A stretch of DNA of 64,000 nucleotides from Chiloscyllium plagiosum. Lineage: Eukaryota. The position numbers and the translations under genes are program-made. A model generated the notes under the pieces. The model had not been told where the DNA came from. It worked only from the letters and a program-made list of their open reading frames with translations, and searched no databases. The stretch lies in the NCBI RefSeq assembly GCF_004010195.1, contig NC_057719.1:46076021-46140020 (forward strand), in the 5' to 3' direction. Below, piece by piece: positions 13,401 through 25,431 of the stretch; position 1 is the first letter of the stretch, and the number at the start of each line of letters is the position of its first letter.

Positions 13401-15049
13401 CCTTCAGGCTCTCGAATTAAAAAACAAAAACTAAAGACTGATAAACAGGCTGTCAAAAAAAAATTGTAGTGTTCATGCCTCCACACAGCTGATAAAAGAT
13501 TTCACCTTGCGCTTTCACTGCTTCATTAGAAATGCAACTTTTTGCAAGTCACTTCACCTACTTTGCTCTTTACTCCCTTTGAATGGATTGTCCTAGCTGT
13601 CCACATTCACAATTATATTGGACCAACATGCGGCTGCATAGATCTCAGTAGTAGCAACAGTGACACCAATAGCATCAACTCCCTTTGCAAACCCACAGGT
13701 CAGACAGACATAGGGATGTAGCTCGAAAGTAGTAATACAGGAATTGTCAGGTGACAGAGGATCTTGCTTGAATTTATCTGGGCAATGCCTTAAGGTCAGG
13801 CTGCAGGGTATTGCACAAGTCCACAGTTACCTGGAACAGGACCTCCTTCACTGTGGCCCAGGTGAGCATCCATTCCTAGCTGCTAAGAAAGTAAATATTA
13901 AAAAAGGCTACCTTCGGATCTCTGCCTCTCTTTGGAGTTACAATTTTCAGTGAGAGAAGAAAGCAGAGGAACTTAGTGTGAGAAACTAAAACGTGACTAC
14001 AGGATGCAGTGTCAACATTTGTGAAGTCTGACTGTGAGATGTCAGCAAGATCAGGATAAGCATGCATGTTATCCTTTCGATGGGGATGTGAGGAGCTGCA
14101 TGGAAAGAGATGAATGAGTGAAGGTGCAGGGTGGTCTGGGGAGTGGTGTGCAGGAGAATGCTTGGTTACAGAGTATGGGCATTGCCACTTTAAAGTGTTT
14201 TGTCACTCACATTTGCACCCTCCTGAGATCTCCTAACATGTGGGCCACTGTCCCCAGGTTTTAGGATCTATAATCCTACTGCTCACTTTCTCTACCAGCT
14301 CCATCCATAGTTGTTTCATTAGAGAGGCTCTTCTTTCTTTGGTCCTCCTAATGGGAAGCAGCAATTCACTTCAGTTGCTCTGATCCTACAGCAGTGCCTC
14401 CAAATTAGAGTCAGGGACATCGTGGGAAGGGAAGGCTACTTTCCTACCTCTTTTCCATTGCAGTGGTTGTTGAAGCCTTAAGAAGCTGTTGGATGCCTTT
14501 AAATAAAATCCTAGCTTTGACAAGGGGACTTAAGAGAGGAAGTTGTTCACTTATCTCTGTGGTTGGTGGGGAAACACAGAAACTGAGTTAAAGAGTAAAC
14601 CTACCATCAGACAAGCAGGTTCCTGATCCCATGTCAGGAGCAGATCTATTTCAAGAAAGTTCTGTCCATTCACCTTACCAGTGAGCATTTACAATACTTT
14701 CTCCTTTTAATTTGTGAATTTCAAGATATTACTTTTGTGTTAATTGTAGATTAGATTGCTATGATTTACTATAATTCAGTTACATTCAGTTTTTGTTTTG
14801 AACAAATTATGTCAAACCAGCATTTCTTGTTGCATGAACTTCACATTGCTCCCTTCATCTAGAAACATTTGCTTGAACAAACATTTTCACCAGAGGTGAT
14901 CAACACAGCTCAGTTACTCGCTGTTAGGAAGGACTTGTATATGCAGGCAGGGTTTTTTCTGCTACATTAGCACTCAACTTGATAATTCAGCTGGAAAATA
15001 GATACATTTATTCTCTCATTGAGCCACTTGCACAAAACTAATATTTCAC

Positions 15050-16071
15050 TGCCATAAACTAAATTTTATTTTTAAATAGATAGTAAAAGGGCCATTTTAA
15101 ATAAAAGACAACTTTTATTTAAAATAAATGCATTTATACATGTTTTCAAAATTAATGTTATGCTCCACTTAGGAGTTGGTGGCACAATTTCAGCTAGCTG
15201 TTACAATGAAACATGATATAATTAAGCAAGACTCAAAAAATTAATTTTCTTCTATTAAACTTTTAGTGTTACCTATCGATACCTGCAAAAGCATATTAAA
15301 AGCGAATACATTGTAAGCACATTCTGTAACTGATTTGTGATGCTATAGATTAAAAACTGTACAATTATATAAAACTTGTGTTTTTACATTAGTTACATGA
15401 GAAAAACAAATACTTCATATAGAATTACTTCATAATGTACTGGAAAGATTTTATATCTTAAGAAAATAAAAGAGGTAACTAATGCTGGTGATTAAAACAG
15501 CTTCACATAATACTATAAAGTGTAAAAAAAAGTTTGGCAATATAAAGAACAATATGTAAATGAAACTAATAAACAGACATTCAGGTAAGCAAGCTAAAAA
15601 CAATGAGCTGTGTATTTTTGTTTTATTTCCAAACAAAACTACCTTCATTTTCAAAGTTTCTGTAGTAGTCTTGGATTTGTGTTGGGAATTTTTATCTTGA
15701 AAGTTAGAAATAGACATTTAAAAGTTTGATAAATATTTTATATGTTCTTTTCTGCCCTTGACATTACACTTTGTGGATAGCTTACGTATTATATTATATG
15801 GCTTGTTTCAAGGCAAACTTTGAAACAGATTTCTAACGAGGGGTCTTTCAAGTTGCGTGTCAGAAGGAGAGATCATGCCAATTCCAAAAGGAGCTGGTTA
15901 CTGTTAGTGCACATACAGTGTTAACTAAATTTGGTAACTAAAACAAAAAGTCCATGGTAAAAGATTACAGTACGAGGCGCTTGCTGGAATAAGCAGCATA
16001 TGTTGAGTAACAGCACTCATTTCTAACAAAGGCATTTTAATGGCCTGGATATATGTTTCTTTGATTTGCTG
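15050..16071 (-). other. FERMT2: Probable FERMT2 3' UTR with polyadenylation signals
   Basis: Repeat-free AT-rich stretch after the stop; minus-strand AATAAA at 15114-15119 and 15065-15070 (another at 15007-15012); exact end inferred. Confidence 0.6.
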
Positions 16072-16245
16072 TCACATCCAACCGCTGGTAAGCTTAAAGA
16101 ACATATCTTCATCCAAGCTTTCATTCTGGTCTTTAGCTCGCGTCGACAAGAAGATGTAACCACCAATGAATTCGTGAACTACTTTGCAGTCAATATCACC
16201 ACAGATAAAAGAAAGCCGAATGTCATCTGCAAACTCGACAGTCAC
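16072..16245 (-). CDS. FERMT2: Kindlin-2 last coding exon ([57 protein letters not shown])
   Basis: 174 nt including TGA at 16072-16074; TTTAG acceptor; kindlin C-terminal signature [14 protein letters not shown]. Confidence 0.97.
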   Translation of the reverse strand: MTVEFADDIRLSFICGDIDCKVVHEFIGGYIFLSTRAKDQNESLDEDMFFKLTSGWM

Positions 16246-17098
16246 CTAAAAGTGGACACAGAACATGTAACACACTTATAAAAGCTACTGGTACTTTCTC
16301 CCTCCAACAGGTCAGTAGAATAAAAGCAACTAATGAAAAATATGAATTCCCATCTTTAGAAGCCTCAGAAAGAAATCACTCAAGGTGAAGACGCTTCCTT
16401 TTCCAGCAGATTTGTTGCTTGTTTTTTGATAAACATGCTTTGCAATTCTTATTCAATACTAATACTCCATGCCGCATTTTCAATAATTGCCTATTCTTTA
16501 ATAAGTTTTATTTGGCCAAAAGATACACCAAGAAATGAATTTGTCTAATATAAAAATGTTATTTTAATCCACTTGCTGTTTTATACTAGCTTACCGTTGT
16601 GTAAATTGTATGTTGGAAAATCAACTCAAATTATTGTGCAACATGAAAATCTATTTAAGGGCAATGATAGGAGAAGAAGCAAAATTTAAAAACTGGGAGG
16701 AAAAAAATTAGAATTTGTTTCCTCTTTCATGTTGTTTCCTGTATCTCAACAGTAAAGGTTGCAAGATCAGTTATAATATTTTTAAATCAAATTATTCCCA
16801 TCCCATATGCTCTATATACTCTATGTACTATGTATCAAATAACTGACTAGAATCTATAATAACTTGCACTTTCAAATGTATTTGATTCATCTGCAATTAA
16901 AACTTGAGATATTTCAAGCTTGATTTTGTTACTTGTACATGATATCTGATTCCGCTGCTTGTCTCACATAACCATTGATCAAGTATAACTATACAAAATA
17001 CATATTGTGATAACATCCAAGTTATAATAACCTAAGTTGCCAAGTTTCAAGTTTCTTTAAAATGCAAAGGATTCAGTACAGTTCTAATTAAATCATAC

Positions 17099-17240
17099 CA
17101 TTTTGATCTCCCAATTTACATTCCACTGTTTCATGTTGCTGAACCTCCATGTCTTGATTGCATCTCCGGTGCTTGAATCCATCCTGATCAACCTATTGTA
17201 GGCTATGCCAATCAGATCATCTTTCTTACTTCCTTGAAAT
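17099..17240 (-). CDS. FERMT2: Kindlin-2 coding exon, F3/PTB-like lobe ([47 protein letters not shown])
   Basis: 142 nt, AG/GT flanks, phase 2/0; contains the integrin-binding QW motif. Confidence 0.97.
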
Positions 17241-17911
17241 CTAAATTGTAACATATTTATTACATTTTTACAGAAAATTTCATTGGATGGCAGCAAATAC
17301 TAAATTCTTTTTAAACAAAATATTCAATACATTCTTCATAAATGCCATATATTGCAACAACCTAAAGTACAACAAAATACTGAACAAATATTAAAAATTA
17401 TTCTTTGAAAACTATTCATTTTACATTTGTTTTCACTGCATGTTGCAGCAAGACACTAAGCCCATAAACGTAAACTACAAGTTCCCAGAAATGCAAGTGA
17501 TCACACAGCACAAGTCCTTCAATAAATTTTAAAATATCTGGTCTTTTCAAGAAAATCCAAAAAATAAAGAATCAAATATTCTAGAACTGATTGTTTGAAA
17601 TTAAAATTGCTTGTGCAAGATCAAAATTTAATGTAGCCAACCATTTTAAACAGCAAGACTACTTTCGATAGAAATTAGCAACTTTTTTGAAATAAAAATC
17701 AGAATAACCCATCTCGAGTAGAAACCAGTCCATTCGTAATAACTTTTGCTAAAGTAGCAGCAAATGTATAGACCATTTTAGTCCACAGAAAGACTAATTG
17801 CAAAGAGATATTTCTGTGATCAGTTTTTTTCATATTTAAATGAGGTTTCAAAAGGCCCATTTGATAGTCAGTGCTGAATTTTTAAATATTAAATTTCATT
17901 CCAGTCCAGTA

Positions 17912-18197
17912 GGGGTGTCATGGTGGCTTTTCAATTAGCACTGCTGCTTCACAGCACCAGGAAACAGAATTAGATTTCCTTTGTGTGCTTCAGTTTCCTC
18001 TCACAATTCAAAAATGTGCATGTTAGGTGGATTGGCCATGCTAAGTTGTCCATTGTGTCCAGTGATGTGTAAATTAGGTGGATTAGCCGTGGGAAATACA
18101 GGGTGATCGGCGGGGAGGTCTGGGCGGGATGCTCTTCAGAGAGTCAAGGTGGACTTGCTGGGCTAAATGGCCTGTTTCCACACTGTAGGGATTCCGT
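17912..18197 (+). mobile_element. HE1/V-SINE-like SINE (degraded)
   Basis: TTAGCACTGCTGCTTCACAGCACCAGG head, GGATTGGCCATGCTAA body, GGCCTGTTTCCACACTGTAGGGATT tail. Confidence 0.8.
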
Positions 18198-18509
18198 CTA
18201 CAAGAAAGTGAATCAGCCACAACCTAAGATATAACACTGCAGCCATTTATAAAAACATCATTCACTTTACAGCCTACAGTGAAGTGATGATGACAATTAC
18301 TATATTCAAACTGGTAAGCAATACTCCAGGGAATTTCCACAGGATGTATCTCTCAAAAATGATGTATTTAAGTGGTTCGTTTTTAATCTCTGTCTGCATT
18401 GCTGACTTTTCTGATGCAACTTCAGAACACAAAATATAGGCACCTCAAGTAAAGACAATCTGCTTCTGAAATGAGTTTAAAACAAGGATGGTTGACAAGT
18501 AGATTGATT

Positions 18510-18731
18510 CCAGAGTGTGATACTGGAAATGCACAACCACTCGGAGCTTCCGAGGAGCACCAGAATCGACATTTCAGGCATAAGCCCTTCACCAGGAATG
18601 AAGCTCATTCCTGATGCAGGGAGTTTGCCCAAAATGTCGGCTTGTCTGCTCAGATGCTGCCTGACCGGATGTGCTTTTCCAGCCCCATACTCTTGACTCT
18701 GATCTTCAGCAGCTGCAGTCCTCACTTCCTC
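18510..18731. mobile_element. PLE-derived inverted-pLTR (hairpin) insertion, decayed
   Basis: Two opposed pLTR halves; flanking direct repeat CAAGTAGATTG at 18496-18506 and 18732-18742. Confidence 0.75.
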
Positions 18732-18879
18732 CAAGTAGATTGTTTGATCACCCAAGGAGGATTATAAATTTATCAATTATAAAGCAACAATAATTTCAGT
18801 TATTCAATTTATTGATGATCTAAAGGTTAAGAGGTAGAAACTCTGCATGTTCTCAAAAGCATGTGGCATAGTTGTGCAA

Positions 18880-19450
18880 CAACAAAATATACTATACTTC
18901 CAGGTATAGGCCAATGCAACTCATTCAACTTACCGCACAGTAATTTGGGAAAAAATGAAACTGTCCATTTTGGCAAATAGAATAAAAAAGTATATTAGCT
19001 AAAAGATAAGAGATTGCAGTCCTGTGAGGTAGAGAGGGATTTGGGTGTTCTAGTGCATGAATTATAAAAGACTGTAGAAGTATGAGGGTACAGCAAATAA
19101 CTAGGAAAATTGCTAGAATGTTATCATTTATTGTGAGGAACATTGAATACAAATATAGGCAAGTTATTCTTTAATTCCTGGGGGTTCTGGTGAGACTGAA
19201 TTGGAATACTGTATACAGTACACAGTCTCCTCATTGAAAGAAGGATGTACATGTTTTGGAAACAGTTTGGGGCTGGGTTGTTTTATGGTTAAGGAAGCTA
19301 GGTATATATTTGCTGGAGTTTACAAAACTAACAGGTGACTCAATTGAAACATTAAGGATCGTGGTAAGGTTATTGTGGAGAGGATGTTTCCTCTTGAGAG
19401 AATCTAGTAGTAGGAGTCACTCATTTAAAATTCTGATGATACAATTATGG
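18880..19450 (+). mobile_element. Old CR1 LINE 3' fragment
   Basis: AGGGATTTGGGTGTTCTAGTGCATGA and TTGGAATACTGTATACAG similar to other CR1 copies in window. Confidence 0.6.
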
Positions 19451-19455
19451 AGGTG

Positions 19456-20062
19456 TATTTTGTCCTGGTTTCTTTTGAAGAGAGGTTTTGATCCATAGGT
19501 GATGAGCTGCCTCTTCCAAGCCAATAAACAACTTGTGAGGCTTTGGGTTTTTATTTAAAGTTGGAACAATAGAAGCAGCATGAATGGGTGGAATTAAGTT
19601 TCCACAGAATCAGGATTTTAGTTTAGCACCAGTAGCTGTTGGGATTTTGAAGCTGGTGGTGGAAGCTGCTACATCACTCTCTCTCCCTCTCTCTGTATGT
19701 TACAGCTAAAAGCTTGGGTTCTCTCTCTGGCTCACATAATTCTTGCAGCAATCTGTTTTACTGACTTTGTTTTTGTCAAGGGTGTGTCTATGGGATGTTA
19801 CTATATTGGAACAGTTGCTGTTTAGTAGTAAATAACCTTTTATTTTGTTAAGTTTTCTAACTGAGTTAAAGTTATACCAATTCTTTATTTTGCTTGTATT
19901 TTAACTATAGAGTAGAGATAAAGTTTGTTTTGCTTAAAGCGAAGTAGTGTAACCAACTAAGTTACCTCTGAAACATAGCATTGTACGCTTGTCTTTAAAT
20001 AAAATTTAGGGTCTAGGTTATCTCCATGATATATTCAAAGGGGATTTGGTCTGCTCCACAAC
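19456..20062 (+). mobile_element. Possible solo LTR
   Basis: ~600-nt block starting TGT and ending ACA with internal CT-rich tract and AATAAA; no TSD confirmed. Confidence 0.35.
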
Positions 20063-20647
20063 AAAACTAGGAGTAGGAGGCCATTCAATCCTGCTCTGCC
20101 ATTCAATATGATCATGGATGATCCTCTATCTCAATGCCATATTCCCATTTACATGTGATCTCCATTGATGCTTTTAAAATCTAAGAACCTCCATCTTTCT
20201 TTGGACTTGGTCTCCACAGGCTTCCGTGGTACAGAATTTCACCGGTTCATTACCCTTTGAATGAAGAAATATTTCCTCATCTCAGTGCTAAAAGGTCCAC
20301 CCCTTATCCTGAGACTGGCCACTCGTTCCAGATTCCCCAGCTGCAGAAATTATTCTCCCTGGCATCTGGTCAGTTGAACTTTGGTTGAATTTTGTGTTTC
20401 AAACAGATGCCCTCTCATCCTTTTAAATTAGAATGAAAACAGGCCCAGTCTCATAATCGCTCCTCATAGGACAATCCAGTCATCTCCATTATCAACCTAT
20501 TGAACTTTCACTGCAATCTCTCTATGATAAGTATATCGTTTCTAATGGAAGGAAATCAAAGCTATTCACAGGTATGATCTCACCAAGGCCCTTTATTACT
20601 GCAGTAAGACATCTTCGAGGAGAAAGTGAGGTCTGCAGATGCTGGAG

Positions 20648-20843
20648 ATCAAAGTTGAAACTTTATTGCTGGAACAGCACAGCAGGTCAGGCAGCATCCA
20701 GGGAACAGGAGATTCGACGTTTCGGGCACAGGCCCTTCTGGCCATTCCTGAAGAAGGGCCTGTGCCCGAAACGTCGAATCTCCTGTTCCCTGGATGCTGC
20801 CTGACCTGCTGTGCTGTTCCAGCAATAAAGTTTCAACTTTGAT
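20648..20843. repeat. Perfect inverted repeat, 92-bp arms, 12-nt spacer
   Basis: 20648-20739 is the reverse complement of 20752-20843; explains mirror-image ORFs on both strands. Confidence 0.95.
20744..20779 (+). ncRNA. Minimal type I hammerhead ribozyme motif (PLE-type)
   Basis: ATTC-CTGAAGA-A-GGGC(CTGT)GCCC-GAAAC-GTC-GAAT: core boxes, stem I ATTC/GAAT, stem II, palindromic ACGT stem III. Confidence 0.75.
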
Positions 20844-21330
20844 ATGCAGCAAGACCTAACTTGGAGATGTTGGTAGTGGACTGTGGTGGACAAAGATAAA
20901 AATCACACAACACCAGGTTATAGTCCAACAGGTTTATTTGGAAACACTAGCTTTCAAGGCACTGCTTCTTCATTAGGTGGTTGTGGAGAATAAGGTCATA
21001 AAACAGCATTTATATCCAAATGAGTACAGTGTCATGGAGATGTGATGATACATTAAACAATTTAAGATAAATTTAGGATGGGATGTGTTGGTTTCTGTTC
21101 TTTGGTATGTAAATCCCAGAACTTCTTTGAAGTGGAGGAGATGCGGTGGAGGGCACCGTCGACCACGTCGCCTTCCTGACCTGCAGTCTTCTTGTTGACC
21201 TCTCCGCCTCCATCCTACTCCGACCTATCACCCTCACCTTGACCTCTTTCCACCTATCACATTTCCAACTCCCCTCCTCCAAGTCCCTCCTCCCTACCTT
21301 TTATCTTCTCCTGCTGAACACTCTCTGCTC

Positions 21331-21366
21331 ATTCCTGAAGAAGGGCCTGTGCCCGAAACGTCGAAT
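21331..21366 (+). ncRNA. Minimal type I hammerhead ribozyme motif, identical to 20744-20779
   Basis: Same sequence 587 nt downstream. Confidence 0.75.
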
Positions 21367-21522
21367 CTCCTGTTCCCTGGATGCTGCCTGACCTGCTGTG
21401 CTGTTCCAGCAATAAAGTTTCAACTGCAGTAAGACATCCCTACATCTGAACTCAAATCTCTTACCATGAATAACATTGACATCCCCAATGAAAGTAGACA
21501 GGTGCAACAAGCAATTTGGAAG

Positions 21523-21726
21523 GCAGTCAACTCAGTTGGCTGGACAGCTGGTTTGCAATGCAGTGATGCCAGCAGCATGGGTTTCATTCAGCATCGACTG
21601 CAGTTACCATGAAGGGCTCGCCTTCTCAACGTCTCCCATCACCTGACCCTCAGGTTAAATCACCACGAGCTTCACTAACAAGAGAACAGCCCTACGGTCT
21701 GGTAAGATTATGACAAGTTACCTTTA
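21523..21726 (+). mobile_element. tRNA-like SINE, unclassified; related copy at 59595-59810 (-)
   Basis: CTCAGTTGGCTGGACAGCTGG head; CCTCAGGTTAAA-CACCAC, CAGCCCTA-GGTCTGGTAAGA-TATG tail shared with 59595-59810. Confidence 0.6.
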
Positions 21727-23508
21727 ATTTAATTGACACCTTGTACATCCATAGTTCTTTATATATCACTATTTATAGAATTCTCTTTCTTTCTGTTTCT
21801 CATACCGCAGAGTATAACTTCACATTTAGCCATGTTGTACTGCATCTGCCAAGTGTTTGCCCACTAACTTAACTTGCCTAAATTACCTTGAAACCTCCTT
21901 GCATCCTCCTCACAACACACAATTCTGCCAAGTTTTGTGTCATCAGCAAACTTGGAAATGTTGTATTTGGCTTCCCTCATCCAGGTCATAAATATTGTGA
22001 ATAATCTGGGACCCAAGCACTGATCCTCGTCATGCCCATCTGGTCACTGCCTGCCACTTGGAAAATATCCAATTTATTCTCATTCTTTGCTTCCTGTTTG
22101 TCAAGCAATTCTCAATGCATGCTAACATAATATCCTCTATCCCAAGTGCTTTAAACTTTGCCCATTAACTTCTTATGAAAACACCTTATCAAAAGCCATC
22201 TGAAAATTTAAATAGACCCCATTCACTAGCTCTCCCTTATCTATTCTAACAAGTTACATCCTCAAGAAACTCCACTAGATTTGTCAAGCATCATTCCTCT
22301 TTCCAAACCTACACTTTCCAAATGTTTGTTGTCATGTCTTCTAACTGGTCTGTAAATAATTTTTCTCCCCCCTCTCCCATTTTAAAGTATTGCAGTTACA
22401 TGTGGCACCCATCAATCTGTAGGAACCCCACCAGAGTCTATATAATTTAGGAAGATAATTATGAATACATCCAATATTTCCAGAGAGACTAGGCAAATTC
22501 TTTTCTCACTGAAGACAGTAGGTCTTTGGAATTCTCTTTCAGAAAAGACAACTCAAGCGGAGGATTTGAATATTTTTAAGACAAAGGTGGATAGATTCTT
22601 GGTGGGGGGGGTTGTGCAGTTGGAAGATTATTGGACACAGGTAGGAAAGTGGATTTGATGCTACGATCAGGTTATCAGATCTTATTAACTGGTGGAGCAG
22701 GTTCAAGGGACCGAATATGTTCAAATGTTTGTGTTTGCATTTAAGTGGGAAATGTAGAACAATCCCATGGACACATGTTTCTTTTATTTCTCCTCTCAGC
22801 AATTGTACTTCGAATCCAAACATACTGATTAGAAACTGCAATGAATACAATCAAAATCCATACCCTTCCAGTGTTCTGTCCAGAGCAACTAAATGGCGTT
22901 TGAGTTATGGATGTCACCTTTTGGTATATACCAGGAGTTTACCACTATCTTGTGGCAGGTAGGAACTTAAATAATGTCATTAAGTAGATTTGCAACAACC
23001 CCCGGCAACTTAGTATGTAGCTACAGGTTTGTCAAATAGGAGCTTATATAAAATGTTTTCCAATGTGGATGTGGCCTCACAGCAGCTACATACTCCACAG
23101 AAGATGGGACAGAGTATCTGGGATCAACTGAGATGGGGTAATGGAAAAGAAATCTAATATATTTATTGGAATTATTGGAATGAATTCAGCTAATGTTATT
23201 TTTGAAACGGAGCTAGTCAAGATCCAAACTTCCTTTGAATAAAAAGCAACATTAAGGATACACTAAAGTTTTCGCCCCATCCTACCCTTTTGATGAAAAA
23301 TTTCCTTCAGTTGATGACTCATTATAATACAGACAAGAAAACGAGTGTAGAACCCTCCATTACTTATTTAAAAATCAATATCATAGTAACTTCAATGGCT
23401 GCCAGAGAAGGTTGACACAAATCTTTGCATTCAAATGTTGGAAATTATTGCAAGCATTCAGGTTGCTATTAGATAATTTATAATTTGTTATAGTTTTAAC
23501 AACATTAC

Positions 23509-23633
23509 CTTGCAATGAAGTGAGTGATACCAAATTCAGGAAGTGACTGCCAAGCCTGGATAAACCTCATCTTCGCTTCAATGAGACTCATCTGAGCTAC
23601 ATTCTGATGGGCCTCAAGGATTCTGGCAGAGAT
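23509..23633 (-). CDS. FERMT2: Kindlin-2 coding exon ([42 protein letters not shown])
   Basis: 125 nt, poly-T tract + TTTAG acceptor, GTAAT donor, phase 0/2. Confidence 0.97.
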
Positions 23634-24164
23634 CTAAAGGAAAAAAAAAACCAAATTATAAATCATTAATTGCCTTAGCAATGGATATCAGAACAGCACC
23701 GAACAAGAAGGGCAAAAAAAGGAATAGTAAAAACCAGAGTAATAAGGTTAGAAACATAGACACATCTATGTCTATAAAAAGTTAGTTTTATTTTAGAAAA
23801 AAACATTCATCAGAAAAAACATCCACCGTCACATGATCACAGGTCAACCAAATTGGTAGCTGTGCAGTCATGTAAACAGTCTTACATTTATGTTAACGCC
23901 TTTTATCTCAAAATTCATTTCCGCCAAGACATTTTAATGTCAAGGAAGGAACACACTTTAATATTAATTCTTCAATGCCAGATCTTTTTTTAAATGACTG
24001 AGCTTACAATATTCTCATTTATTGATTATCCTTTATCTCCCACTTTGGATCCAGTGGAGGTTTTCACTTCAATATCAACATTTAACATTTCTGACACACA
24101 AAGGAGCCCACATACATAACACAAAAACATTCATCCCATCACAGTGACTGAACTGTCCACTTAC

Positions 24165-24185
24165 CAAATCCCTTACATAGCCTGG
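24165..24185 (-). CDS. FERMT2: Kindlin-2 alternative 21-nt micro-exon (PGYVRDL)
   Basis: Long pyrimidine tract + CAG, CCAGGCTATGTAAGGGATTTG, GTAAGT donor; phase 0/0; as recalled, a human isoform carries PGYIRDL at the same position after KNKQ. Confidence 0.88.
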
Positions 24186-25431
24186 CTGAAGAGGGCAGCG
24201 TGAAGAGGGAAAAGGAAGTTGAAAGAAAATGCAGTGAGAATAAGGCAACCAAAGCACTCAAACAGCTTTTCACACCCATCGATCTGCCTCCCACCCACTC
24301 AGGAATAAAACCCAAAATGAATTACTAATGTTCCTGCAACTTCAATGAAGATGAAATCCTAAACATACAATGCAAAAAGAATCCAATTAAAAAGTACCAA
24401 CATAAATTCTTGTGCTGTGAATATTCTTTAATTCCCAAGTAGTTAACATTTTTTTTGTTTTGGGGCAAACGTACCATAAACATATCATTTGCAAAAGAAG
24501 TATTCAACTAAAGATCTGCACTTTAAAACTATATAACTCAGCTTAAGAACACAGTAAAATAGTAATAATCAAACTTTTAGAAAACTAACTGGAATTAAAT
24601 GAGTAAACTCAAACATGGCAGCACGTTTACATATCAAGTAAAAACTAATGTCTGCCATGTGCTCTTCACATTTCTTTCTGAATTATTGACTTTAGAAATA
24701 CAAAAGTAATTCTTTTGCAAGTATAGTTTAGCTAAAGTTACGATGGCATTATGCACATCTCATGGAAACCAGAAATGATTAATATTATGTAAATGAGAAT
24801 ATAGCTCACATTTGAACTTCATACAGTAATTGATAAAATGGCACTTTGTTTTGTAGACTTTCTTTCCCTAGATTACAACGTTGTGAAGTTTACAGACACT
24901 TTCAGTATTAAAGGTACTATATAATTATATAAATACAAATGTCTTGAAAAAAGTATGAATATTGATATAATGCACAATTATGAGTTTTCACAATGAGAGA
25001 GGATATGGGTTACCTTGGGTTAAATGCTAGATTTATTTTGTCCTGCGTATACATATGTGGGTTTGGATGTCACAAGCACAACTTCAAAATTTGAGGATTA
25101 TCCATAAATAAAAGGTTTGGCTAAAAGTATAAGCCTTTTGAAGATTTTAAGACAATAGACTACTAGTAGAATTTGTAGCATGGATCCATATGCAATTAAA
25201 TGTGAATAAATGGGAGGCAATATATTTTGGGAGAAGTATTATAAATCTTCATCGAACAGTGTATATAACAGTGGGACACGAGGCTCAGCTCAAGTTGCTT
25301 ACTTAGTGAAAATACAAGTAAAAATGCCCAAAAGAATCATAGGCTTAGAAAGAGGCTCTGGCAGGGTCACAACCTAAAACATTAAAACCGTTAACAGATA
25401 CTGCCAAGTCTTGAAAACTGCATTCATTTCA

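Larger units (their letters stand above)
20614..21422. mobile_element. Composite Penelope-like insertion: inverted pLTR, pLTR, captured older PLE fragment, short inverted ORF piece, pLTR
   Basis: 16-bp TSD ACTGCAGTAAGACATC at 20598-20613 and 21423-21438; identical pLTR segments at ~20743-20838 and ~21330-21425. Confidence 0.85.
20065..22480 (-). mobile_element. Old CR1 LINE hosting a PLE composite and a SINE
   Basis: Reverse-complement CR1 motifs (TTTGTGTCATCAGCAAACTTGG = SKFADDTK; CACCTTATCAAAAGCCATCTGAAAAT = FQMAFDKV). Confidence 0.75.

Noticed and set aside
4500..15000. Neighbouring gene exons downstream of FERMT2
   Set aside because: Short ORFs such as 11592..11990 show no recognisable protein or splice-consistent structure; region is mostly repeats
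16066..16281. Plus-strand 71-aa ORF
   Set aside because: Antisense shadow of the last FERMT2 exon
20574..20893. Near-identical ORFs on both strands
   Set aside because: Consequence of the 92-bp palindrome, no coding evidence
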